DNA of 64,000 nucleotides from Macrostomum lignano (taxonomy: Eukaryota), in assembly GCA_002269645.1 (NCBI GenBank), contig NIVC01000121.1, forward strand, positions 310,001 through 374,000, in the 5' to 3' direction. Positions 45,976 through 57,591 of the stretch are shown one piece after another. The position numbers were made by a program, and so were the translations under genes. Below the pieces are notes generated by a model. It saw nothing but the letters and a program-made list of their open reading frames with translations, made no database searches and was not told the DNA's origin. Within the stretch, counting starts at the first letter, position 1. The number at the start of each line of letters is the position of its first letter.

Positions 45976-48938
45976 ATGCACCCAATCAGCATGTTCCGCA
46001 AGCCTCAACCAGCTGCTAGCTCTGCCCAGAGTGCCAGCTCAAAGCCTACTACTGGATCCATTGCATCTCCCCAGCAGCAACAATATAGCTGCGAATTTGG
46101 CTCTACCAAATACTATGCCTACTGTGGTTTTGGTGGCATTGTCAGCTGCGGTCTGACCCACACTGCTGTTGTGCCACTTGACCTGGTCAAGTGCCGCATG
46201 CAGGTTGACCCTGTCAAGTATCCGGGCATTATTCCTGGCTTCAAGGTGACACTGGCTGAGGATGGCATGCGAGGCTTGGCTAAAGGTTGGGCACCAACTT
46301 TTATTGGCTACTCGATGCAGGTAAGCATTCTGTTGGTTTCTTGTTTGGTTGTGGCGTGGAATGATTGACTTTCAGCACTGCTTTAATCTAGTACCTAGTT
46401 GATGCAGTACTACTAAATGCAGCACCTCCTAGGTCTAGCACCCCTAGGTCTAGCACTGTAGTAACACACAGATCTAGCACTCATAGATCTAGCACCCATA
46501 GATCTAGCACCCATAGATCTAGCACCCCTAGATCTAGAACCTATAGATCTAGCACCCATAGATCTAGCACCCATAGATCTAGCACCCCTAGATCTAGAAC
46601 CTATAGATCTAGCACCCATAGATCTAGCACCCATAGATCTAGCACCCCTAGATCTAGAACCTATAGATCTAGCACCCATAGATCTAGCACCCATAGATCT
46701 AGCACCCATAGATCTAGCACCCCTAGATCTAGAACCTATAGATCTAGCACCCATAGATCTAGCACCCATAGATCTAGCACCCATAGATCTAGCACCCCTA
46801 GATCTAGAACCTATAGATCTAGCACCCATAGATCTAGCACCCATAGATCTAGCACCCATAGATCTAGCACCAATAGATTTAGCACCAATAGATCTAGCAC
46901 TCATAGATCTAGCACCCATAGATCTAGCACCCATAGATCTAGCACCCCTAGATCTAGCACTCATAGATCTAGCACCCATAGATCCAGCACCCATTGATCT
47001 AGCACCCATAGATCTAGCACCCACAGATCTAGCACTCATAGATCTAGCACCCATAGATCTAGCACTCATAGATCTAGCACCCATAGATCTAGCGCCCATT
47101 GGTCTAGCACCCATAGATCTAGCGCCCATTGATCTAGCACCCATAGATCTAGCACTCATAGATCTAGCACCCGTAGATCTAGCACCCATAGATCTATGCA
47201 CTTATCTCTATACTTGAAATTTCCCATATTTTCCCAACCTAAATCATCTATCAATCTACATGCACACGCAACGCTATTACCAATAAATCAGGGCCTCGGG
47301 AAATTCGGATTCTACGAAATCTTCAAAAACGTGTACACCAGCCTGATGGGCCCGGAGAATGCCTTCCTCTATCGAACTTCACTGTACTTGGCCGCCAGCG
47401 CCAGCGCCGAGTTCTTCGCCGACATGCTCCTGGCCCCGATGGAAGCCACCAAAGTGCGCATTCAAACCAAAGCCGGATTTGCTAACAATCTACGCGAAGC
47501 CTTCCCCAAGATGCTGGCAGCCGAAGGCGCCATGACATTCTACAAAGGCCTACCGCCTCTATGGGGCCGCCAGATTCCCTACACTATGATGAAGTTTGCC
47601 TGCTTCGAGCGCACAGTGGAAGCACTGTACAAATACGTGGTGCCCAAGCCGAGAGAGCAGTGCAATAAAGCTGAACAGCTCACTGTAACATTTGTAGCTG
47701 GTTACATTGCCGGCGTGTTTTGCGCTATCGTGTCCCACCCGGCTGATACTATGGTGTCCAAGCTCAATCAGATGCCGGACGCTGGACTGGTTGGTGTGGC
47801 TAAGGCTCTCGGATGGAAAGGTGATGAGTTTCTCTGTTGTTAGCGGGAATTTTCGCAAGTTCGCAAATCCCATTGGAATACCGGATTCTCTAAAGGCGCC
47901 AGATCTTCTAGGGGCGCCAGATCCTCTAAGAGCGCCAGATCCTCTAGTGGCGCCAGATCCTCTAAAGGCGCCAGATCCTCTAGGGGTGCTAGATCCTCTA
48001 GGGATGCCAGATCCTCTAGTGGGGCCAGATCCTCTAGGGGTGCTAGATCCTCTAGGGGTGCTAGATCCTCTAGGGGTGCTAGATCCTCTAGGGGTGCTAG
48101 ATCCTCTAGGGGTGCTAGATCCTCTAGGGGTGCTAGATCCTCTAGGGGTGCTAGATCCTCTAGGGGTGCTAGATCCTCTAGGGGTGCTAGATCCTCTAGG
48201 GATGCCAGATCCTCTAGTGGGGCCAGATCCTCTAGGGGTGCTAGATCCTCTAGGGGTGCTAGATCCTCTAGGGGTGCTAGATCCTCTAGGGGTGCTAGAT
48301 CCTCTAGGGGTGCTAGATCCTCTAGGGGTGCTAGATCCTCTAGGGGTGCTAGATCCTCTAGGGGTGCTAGATCCTCTAGGGATGCCAGATCCTCTAGTGG
48401 GGCCAGATCCTCTAGGGGTGCTAGATCCTCTAGGGGTGCTAGATCCTCTAGGGGTGCTAGATCCTCTAGGGGTGCTAGATCCTCTAGGGGTGCTAGATCC
48501 TCTAGGGGTGCTAGATCCTCTAGGGGTGCTAGATCCTCTAGGGGTGCTAGATCCTCTAGGGATGCCAGATCCTCTAGGGGCGCCAGATCCTCTAAGGGCG
48601 CCAGATCCTCTAGGGGCGCCAGATCCTCTAGGGGCGCCAGATCCTCTGGGAGCGCCAGATCCTCTGGGAGCGCCAGATCAGGGGTCGGCGTCATTAATGA
48701 GCATAGCTGCATGACTGTAATTAACCCAGCTGTCAACTCACTCCATAATCCCTTCCTCTCACCCCACACAGCCATGTGGAAGGGCCTGGGCGCTCGCATC
48801 ATCATGATAGGCACCTTGACGGCTCTGCAGTGGTTCATCTACGACACTGTGAAGGTGGTACTGCAGATGCCGCGACCCCCGCCGCCAAGCATGCCGGAGA
48901 GTCTGCGTAAGAAGCTGGAAGCCAAGCAGAGCGCTTGA
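45976..48938 (+). CDS. slc25a3: Mitochondrial phosphate carrier; exons 45976-46320, 47292-47820, 48772-48938; about 346 aa (start could be 45991)
   Basis: CGLTHTAVVPLDLVKCRMQVD, GWAPTFIGYSMQ|GLGKFGFYE, PMEATKVRIQT, WGRQIPYTMMKF, SHPADTMVSKLN, ARIIMIGTLTALQWFIYD; splice phases 0 and 1 are consistent. Confidence 0.95.
46430..47196. repeat. 15-bp minisatellite (GATCTAGCACCCATA)n in SLC25A3 intron 1
   Basis: About 50 units. Confidence 0.95.
47895..48680. repeat. 18-bp minisatellite (GGGGTGCTAGATCCTCTA)n in SLC25A3 intron 2
   Basis: About 43 units; terminal units carry GGCGCCAG. Confidence 0.95.
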
Positions 48939-49070
48939 ACTTTTTTATTATTGATGATAAACGACGAACAAAACTTACTGATGGATTTATTGAAACTTAT
49001 TAATATTTTAGGATTATAATCATCAGAACCTGCTATTAGTAGTATAAAAATGAACCTGTAGTTTTTTTAA

Positions 49071-49076
49071 AATAAA
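49071..49076 (+). promoter_or_regulatory. Probable polyadenylation signal of SLC25A3
   Basis: AATAAA 133 bp after the stop in an AT-rich UTR, followed by a GT/T-rich tract. Confidence 0.55.
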
Positions 49077-49179
49077 TGTGTTTTAGTTACATGCGCTTTG
49101 TTGTGTGCTAGCGTGCATGTTGGTCTGTCCCAGATTATACTGCATAGAACTTTATAGAAGTACACTGGCGACTGAAAGT

Positions 49180-49790
49180 GTGCCTGAAGAACCATAGAGG
49201 GTAGCTGAAGGTGAGTGCCTGAAGGACCATAGAGGATAGCTGAAGGTGAGTGCCTGAAGGACCACAGAAGGTAGCTGAAGGTGAGTGCCTGAAGGACCAT
49301 AGAGGATAGCTGAAGGTGAGTGCCTGAAGGACCACAGAAGGTAGCTGAAGGTGAGTGCCTGAAGGACCATAGAAGGTAGCTGAAGGTGAGTGCCTGAAGG
49401 ACCATAGAAGGTAGCTGAAGGTGAGTGCCTGAAGGACCATAGAGGATAGCTGAAGGTGAGTGCCTGAAGGACCACAGAAGGTAGCTGAAGGTGAGTGCCT
49501 GAAGGACCATAGAAGGTAGCTGAAGGTGAGTGCCTGAAGGACCATAGAAGGTAGCTGAAGGTGAGTGCCTGAAGGACCATAGAAGGTAGCTGAAGGTGAG
49601 TGCCTGAAGGACCATAGAAGGTAGCTGAAGGTGAGTGCCTGAAGGACCATAGAAGGTAGCTGAAGGTGAGTGCCTGAAGGACCATAGAAGGTAGCTGAAG
49701 GTGAGTGCCTGAAGGACCATAGAAGGTAGCTGAAGGTGAGTGCCTGAAGGACCACGGTTCCCTATGGTACCACAGAAGGTAGCTGAATGA
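49180..49790. repeat. 35-bp minisatellite (GAAGGTAGCTGAAGGTGAGTGCCTGAAGGACCATA)n
   Basis: About 16 units. Confidence 0.95.
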
Positions 49791-50344
49791 GTTTTAGGAA
49801 AGTTACCTGATGCGAATTCATGACTCCTGTATCTTAAATCCGTTATTGAACCTATTTAACAAATCAAACTTCAGACTAACACGACAAAATAGCAAAATTT
49901 GTTTTATTAAGCAACTTATCAGAATTTTGAATAATATTTTGAATGTCAGAAAACCTCCATTCGTTTCTTATAAACTTGCAAGAAGTATTTCGTTTTTAAG
50001 ATACTTTTTATGACAAAACAGCTTTTGTTTATTTTTCATCTGCAATTTTTTAAGATTTTTTTTGATGAACAAATTGTCATTGCTTCCGTTTTCTGCCTGT
50101 GTGTGTGCGTGTCTAATAGGCTTCTAGTTAAGTTTTTAGATTGTCATTTTAGATTTAAGCTTATTGTCTAGTCAATTCGTGGTTTTTATTTTCGATTCAG
50201 AAATATACATGAAATTGACATGCAAATCAACAACTGAAGGAAAGTCTGACTTTTAGTTCTAGCGAGTTGCAAAATTCCAATCAATATGGACTTTTGTTGT
50301 TTTTCTAACTTGTTGTTATTTATTTCAACTGGTATTCGTTCAGG

Positions 50345-51285
50345 TTTACTCTCCTGTTCACTCCCCCGTTCACTCTCCTATTCACTCTCCCATTCACTCT
50401 CCAATTCACTCTCCCGATCACTCTTTTCCATTCACTCTCCCATTCACTCTCCCATTCACTCTCCCATTCACTCTCCCATTCACTCTCCCATTCACTCTCC
50501 CGTTCACTCCCCCGTTTACTCTCCTATTCGCACTCCATTCACTCTCCCATTCACTCTCCCATTCACTCTCCCGTTCACTCCCCCGTTCACTCTCCCATTC
50601 ACTCTCCCATTCACTCTCCCGTTCACTCCCCCGTTCACTCTCCCATTCACTCTTTTCCATTCTCTCTCCCATTCACTCCCCCGTTCACTCTCCTATTCAC
50701 TCTCCCATTCACTCTCCAATTCACTCTCCCATTCACTCTCCCATTCACTCTCCCATTCACTCTCCCGATCACTCTCCCGATCACTCTCCCATTCACTCTT
50801 TTCCATTCACTCTCCCATTCACTCTCCCATTCACTCTCCCGATCACTCTCCCATTCACTCTTGTCCATTCACTCTCCCATTCACTCTCCCATTCACTCTC
50901 CCATTCACTCTCCCGATCACTCTCCCATTCACTCTTTTCCATTCACTCTCCCATTCACTACTCCCATTCACTCTTTTTCATTCACTCTCTCATTCACTCT
51001 CCCATTCACGGTCACAAATTCACTGTTCCCCATTCACTTTTGCCCATTCACTATTCCCATTCACTGTTCCCCATTCACTGTTTCCCATTCACTGTTCCCC
51101 ATTAACTGTTCCCCATTCACTGTTCCCATTCACTGTTCCGCATTCACTGTTCCCCATTCACTGTTCCCATTCACTATTCCCCATTCACTGTTCCCCATTC
51201 ACTATTCCCATTCACTGTTCTCCATTGACTATCCCCATTCACTGTTCCCCATTCACTATTCCCATTCACTGGTTCCCATTCAGTG
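50345..51285. repeat. 12-14-bp minisatellite (CCATTCACTCTC)n grading into (CCATTCACTGTTCC)n, immediately upstream of the P450
   Basis: Read directly. Confidence 0.92.
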
Positions 51286-51338
51286 TTTCTCATTGAGCAA
51301 CAGCAGTTGGTGCTACATCATCTGCATGAACAGAATAG

Positions 51339-54300
51339 ATGCTGCTGGAACTGTGCCTCAGCCTCATCTTTCTGTGGCTTCTGTGGCGCCTCACCTACGC
51401 CAGAGATCGCGGTTCAAAACCGATGCCTCACCTACCTGAAGTTCCATTCCTGGGCCACCTGCCATTTCTAGCCGTGAAGCATCTGCGCGATCCCAAACGC
51501 CGTCAGTACATGGACATGGTGACGATGCAGCACCATCCAGTCTTCAGTAACATTGTCGGTCTACAGAGATTTGTCATCATCAGCGGCTACGAGGCCATCA
51601 AGTCGGCATTCTTCGATTACGGTGACGCATTCTCCGGCCGGCCAAGGAATCCGTTCTACCTGCTGGTGTCCGGCGGCAAAGGCGTTATTCTGTCCGAGGG
51701 TAGCACCTGGAAGGAGCAGCGACGTTTTGCACTGCGGGTGCTGCGCGATCTGGGGCTGGGCAAGTCGCGAATGGAGGAGGTGATCTCGGCCGAGGCGGAG
51801 GAACTTGTGGCTAATTTTGCTGCTCTGAATGGCCGGCCGGTCAATACTAAGGATTTGTTGTCGAAGGTTAGGGTTGTTGTTGTTTTATTGAACTGTGTTG
51901 GGCAGTTTTATGACGCTTCATTTTCTTTGGCGCCGAAAGAATTTTTGTGTTGTTAACAATTTAAAAAATTAGCAATACTGGGAAATGCTTGCACGAGTTA
52001 ATACGTTTTACTTAAAACAGAAATACTAAAAGCATGAAAGCACCAAAATACAACACAATCAACAACGGACAATCGCAGTTAAATAACACCGACAACAACC
52101 GTAGCAACAATAACATTATTAACAAAAAACAACAACACCAACAACAATAACAACAACAACAGCAATAGCAACAAAAATTTAAACACCAACAAATCAAGCA
52201 ACAACAACACCAGCATCTCCAACAACAACAACACCAGCATCTCCAACAACAACAACACCAGCATCTCCAACAACAACAACACCAGCATCTCCAACAACAA
52301 CAACACCAGCATCTCCAACAACAACAACACCAGCATCTCCAACATCAACAACACCAGCATCTCCAACATCAAAAACACCAGCATCTCCAACAACAACAAC
52401 ACCAGCATCTCCAACAACAACAACACCAGCATCTCCAACATCAACAACACCAGCATCTCCAACAACAACAACAACACCAGCATCTCCAACAACAACAACA
52501 CCAGCATCTCCAACAACAACAACACCAGCATCTCCAACAACAACAACACCAGCATCTCCAACAACAACAACACCAGCATCTCCAACAACAACAACACCAG
52601 CATCTCCAACAACAACAACACCAGCATCTCCAACATCAACAACACCAGCATCTCCAACATCAAAAACACCAGCATCTCCAACAACAACAACACCAGCATC
52701 TCCAACAACAACAACACCAGCATCTCCAACATCAACAACACCAGCATCTCCAACAACAACAACAACACCAGCATCTCCAACAACAACAACACCAACATCT
52801 CCAACAACAACACCAGCATCTCCAACAACAACAACACCAACATCTCCAACAACAACACCAGCATCTCCAACAACAACAACACCAGCATCTCCAACATCAA
52901 CAACACCAACATCTCCAACAACAACAACACCAACATCTCCAACAACAACAACACCAGAATATCCAACAGCAACAACAGCAACATCTCCAACAACAAGAAC
53001 AACACCAAGAACAACACCTGCAAAAATAACGAAAACAACACCACTATTAAAAACTATATCAACAACAGTATTAACAACAACAAAAACTATAACTAAAACA
53101 ACAATAAAAGCAACAAGGACAACAAAATTAACAAATAACAACAACACGAACCCGCCAGGCCGTGGCAAACGTTATCGGCGGCCTGGTGTTCAGCGAACGA
53201 TCCGGCTACGAAGATCCGGACTTTAAGGCCACCATCGATCACGTGACCAACGTCACCCAGGTGGGCAGTCCGGCACAGTTTCTCACCATATTCTACCCGT
53301 TCCTGTGCCAACCATGGATTGTGAAACTGCTGCCCGGGCTCAATCGGTCGGTGATATCCAGAGACTGGCTCAGTGAGGCCTGTCAGGCTCGCGTCAATCG
53401 AATCAGACAGAAATTTAACGAAGAATTCGGAGAAGACATTGTCGACAATGCATCGGCTGCTGAGCCGGTCAACTTTGTTGAGGCCTATCTGAGGGAGCAG
53501 CGGCGCCGGCTGGCTGCGGGAGAGTCCACGCTGGGATCCTTTGATGACGAGCAGCTGGTGCAGGTGCGATGGCGCTGGAGGTCTGAGGGGAGGGGCAGCA
53601 GGCACTGAAGGATCTGAGGGGAGGGGCAGCAGGCACTGAAGGAGCTGAGGGGAGGGGCAGCAGGCACTGAAGGAGCTGAGGGGAGGGGCAGCAGGCACTG
53701 AAGTATCTGAGGGGAGGGGCAGCAGGCACTGAAGGATCTGAGGGGAGGGGCAGCAGGCACTGAAGGATCTGAGGGGAGGGGCAGCAGGCACTGAAGGGTC
53801 TGAGGGGAGGGGCAGCAGGCACTGATGGATCTGAGGGGAGGGACAGCAGGCACTGAAGGATCTGAGGGGAGGGGCAGCAGCCACTGAAGGATCTGAGGGG
53901 AGGGGCAGCAGGCACTGATGGATCTGAGTTGAGTGGTCAGTAAAGCATGGAGATCGCACTCTCAAACCCAACAGACGGTGCTGGACTTGTACATCGCTGG
54001 GTCGGACACAACGACCTCCACTCTTGGCTGGCTGCTGCTGTACAGCGCTCTGCACCCGGACGAGCAGCGCCAGTGCCAGGCCGAGCTGGCCACCGAGCTA
54101 AGTGAGGCTCCCGTCAGACTGGATGATCGCCGACGTTTGCACCGAGTGCTGGCGTTCATCGACGAAGGCATGCGAATGAGCAGCATTTTGGTGCACAATG
54201 TTGATAGGCAAGTTGCTTTATTGAACATCTGTGCGGTTTTTCTCATTCAAGTGCGCAACTAGTGCTACTTATAGTAAGCAGATAAGCTGTAGTGGCTTGT

Positions 54301-55676
54301 ACCTGATTTTTATATTAATATCCTCTGACACTTTCTTAGTGTCTCCTGGCACCTTTTTGTGACCCCCTTGACCCCCTTGACACCTACTTTAGTCCCCCTG
54401 ACACCTGTTTTAGTGACCCCCCTTTGACACCTATTTAGTGACCCCCATCTGACACCTATTTTAGTGATCTCTTGACACCTATTTTAGTGACCTCTTGACG
54501 CCTATTTTAGTGACCCCCTGACACCTATTTTAGTGACCCCCTTTGACACCTATTTTAGTGACCCCCTGACACCTATTTTAGTGGCCCCCTTTGACACCTA
54601 TTTTAGTGACCCCCCTTTGACACCTATTTTAGTGCCCCTGACACCTGTTTTAGCGACCCCTCCCCCCTTGAAACCTATTTTAGTGACCCCCTCTGACACC
54701 TATTTTAGTGACTCCCCCTCTGAATTCTGTTTTAGTGACCCCCTCTGACACCTAGTGACCTCTATTTGACACCTATTTTGTGACCCCCATCTGAAAACTA
54801 TTTAGTGACCCCCATCTGGACACCTATTTAGTGAACCACTCTGACACCTTTTTAGTGACCCCCTCTGACACCTATTTAGTGACCCCTCTGACACCTATTT
54901 AGTGACCCCCCTCTGACACTTATTTTAGTGACTCCCCCTCTGAATTCTGTTTTAGTGACCCCCTCTGACACCTAGTGACCTCCATCTGACACCTATTTTG
55001 TGACCTCCATCTGACACCTATTTAGTGACCCCCATCTGAAACCTATTTAGTGATCCCCTCTGACACCTATTTAGTGACCCCCTCTGCCACCTATTTAGTG
55101 ACCCCCTCTGACACCTATTTAGTGACCCCTCTGCCACCTATTTAGTGACCCCCTCTGACACCTATTTAGTGACCCCCTCTGCCACCTATTTAGTGACCCC
55201 CTCTGACACCTATTTAGTGACCCCCTCTGACACCTATTTAGTGACCTCCTCTAACAGAAATTGAATAAACATTTGTTAAACATTGCCGCATTGTCAGGCG
55301 GGTGCTCAGAGACACTGAGTTCCTCGGCTACCTGATCCCAGCCTCCGCCATCGTGTTCATCAATCTCTACGGTCATCATCGGGATCCGAGATATTTTCCC
55401 AATCCGTCCGAGTTTAAGCCAAGCAGATTTCTGGACTCGGACGGGCGATACCAGGCCAGCCAATACCTGATCCCATTCGGCCTGGGCCGCAGGTCCTGCC
55501 TAGGCGAGTCCCTGGCTAAAGCTGAGGTGTTCCTATTGTTTGCCAGCTTGCTGCAAAAGTTCAATATTGAACTGACGGATGACTGCTTGAAGCTTGGCGA
55601 AGACCTGCTGGTTGGTACGGACGGTATTGTGCGGGCGCCAGAGCCGCATCAACTCCGGCTGGTGCCTAGAGACTAG
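51339..55676 (+). CDS. Cytochrome P450, CYP2 clan; exons 51339-51866, 53159-53563, 53975-54207, 55298-55676; 514 aa
   Basis: N-terminal TM anchor; FSGRP; WKEQRRF (C-helix); AGSDTT (I-helix); EGMR (ExxR); FKPSRF (PERF); PFGLGRRSCLG (heme Cys). Intron 3 requires a GC donor (AG|GCAAGT). Confidence 0.93.
52090..53150. repeat. AAC-rich 24-bp minisatellite (AACAACAACAACACCAGCATCTCC)n in P450 intron 1
   Basis: Core array about 52205-52990, with degenerate AAC-rich flanks up to the acceptor. Confidence 0.92.
53580..53927. repeat. 31-bp minisatellite (GAGGGGAGGGGCAGCAGGCACTGAAGGATCT)n filling P450 intron 2
   Basis: About 11 units. Confidence 0.93.
54330..55250 (+). repeat. About 23-bp minisatellite (CTGACACCTATTTAGTGACCCC)n in P450 intron 3; left arm of an inverted pair
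   Basis: Tandem units with C-run variation. Confidence 0.93.
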
Positions 55677-55841
55677 AGAGACTTTAGAGTAGCTGTTCTT
55701 TTTCAACGGTTAACTTATTAACTACTGCTAGTAGCATCATGACAATGATTTTTTGTTTTTTTGTATTTTTGATATTCGCCCATTGATTGAAGCGGTATTG
55801 TCTCTGATTAAGTGCGTAAATCGGGTCTAACATTGTTTTCA

Positions 55842-55847
55842 AATAAA
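55842..55847 (+). promoter_or_regulatory. Probable polyadenylation signal of the P450
   Basis: AATAAA 166 bp after the stop. Confidence 0.5.
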
Positions 55848-55869
55848 TTTGAAATAAGAGTCAGTTGCT

Positions 55870-56385
55870 TACTAAAATAGGTGTCAAAGGGGGGTCATTA
55901 AAATAGGTGTCAGAGGGGTCATTAAAATATATGTCAGAGGGGGTCACTAAAGTAGGTGTCAGACGGGGAGTCACTAAAATAGGTGTCAGAGGGGGTCACT
56001 AAAATAGGTGTCAGAGGGGGTCACTAAAATAGGTGTCAGAGGGGGTCACTAAAATAGGTGTCAGAGGGGGGTCACTTAATAGGTGTCATAGGGGGTAACT
56101 AAAATAGGCCGGTGTCAGAAGGGGGTCACTTAAATAGGTGTCAGAGGGGGTAACTAAAATAGGCCGGTGTCAGAAGGGGGTCACTTAAATAGGTGTCAGA
56201 GGGGGGTCACTTAAATAGGTGTCAGGGGGGTCACTAAAATAGGTGTCAGAGGGGGGGTCACTAAAATAGGTGTCAAGGAGGGGGTCACTTAAATAGGTGT
56301 CAGGGGGGTCACTAAAATAGGTGTCAGAGGGGGGGGTCACTAAAATAGGTGTCAAGGAGGGGGTCGCTAAAATAGGTGTGGGGGA
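55870..56385 (-). repeat. Same unit in inverted orientation (GGGGTCACTAAAATAGGTGTCAG)n, 3' of the P450
   Basis: Exact reverse complement of units at about 54500-54620. Confidence 0.93.
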
Positions 56386-57591
56386 CAATATACGAGTAAT
56401 AGGTGTAAAATGCACACCTAATAAATGCTTAGTGAAAAGCGCGAGAGCCTATATTGTTCTGTTCTATTGTAATGTAATTGCATTGCAACTTTAAGTGTGT
56501 TAATTCTAGGTCTTTAGAGAGTACAGTTAATTATCTTTAATCGACATTCCAGTTTTATTCAACAGATTAATAACTGTACTGTTTTTTCGCTTACAAATTT
56601 TTTCAAAAGCTTTAAACACAATCATTTTTATCGAGTGAATAAATAATTTAATGAGTTTTATTAATTTAACGTCAATTATGTACTAATAATTAAGTGGCAG
56701 TTTGTTAGATAAAATCGAATTACGTTTTATTTGACCCCAGAGAACGCACTCGCACATGGGTACTTTGTTTCGTGGTAAACAAAGAAGCGAAGAAACTAAA
56801 AACTAAAAATAAGAAAAATCCTATATACTAAAATAAGAAACTAAAAAAAACCAAGACAACGAATACACTGAAAAAAACTAAGAATACGAAACAAAAAAAA
56901 CGAAAAAACTGACCAAAATGACGACACTAAAAACAAAGAAAATGAAAAAGCGAAGAAACGATAAAAAACAAAAACCAAAGAAAAATAAGAAACTAAAAAT
57001 ACGAAAAAAACGAAGAAACAAAGAAGAAAGAAGTAATTTCGCTGTAATATAACAAACTATCACTATTGTTTTCTAAGAAACGAGCGGGGTTTTCCGGCTT
57101 TGGTGACGCCGTTTTTGCCGAATCGAACCAACGACTTAATTAGTGTCACAGGACTTGGAAAAGCGTTAGCGCTGAGCTAATCGTACCTGTTTTTACCAGA
57201 AATGTCCAATAACAATTGCACATTGTAATTATGAATTGTACTAATGTGAAGCAACTACCGTCTTTAGACAAGAGAAGTTGAAATGCAGCAATGTGTTTTT
57301 ACAAGCTTTCAACTTAAGCCTTCAAGGGTTTCGGTTTTCTACAGGTATATAATTTACAAGCACAACATAATTTTTCGCGTAAAGATCCTTTCTTACCTAC
57401 CTGCCTACTTAGGGTATCTTGCGTCCTTCCGCCTCTCATGCTGACTGCTGATTAATGTTCAGCCTAAATTGCACAATGCATATCTGTATGGGCAGTATGG
57501 CATGACTAAGGGAGGACTTTAAAATTGTTTGCAAACTGTAATTGCTATGTGCAGCCTTAGATATACTCAAGTAGATCATTTTAAGCGGCTG

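Noticed and set aside
45971-45978. ATTGCATG at the SLC25A3 start, reminiscent of an ATG-ending flatworm spliced-leader 3' end
   Set aside because: Only 8 bp, with no SL stem-loop or Sm site; the gene has introns and is not a retrocopy.
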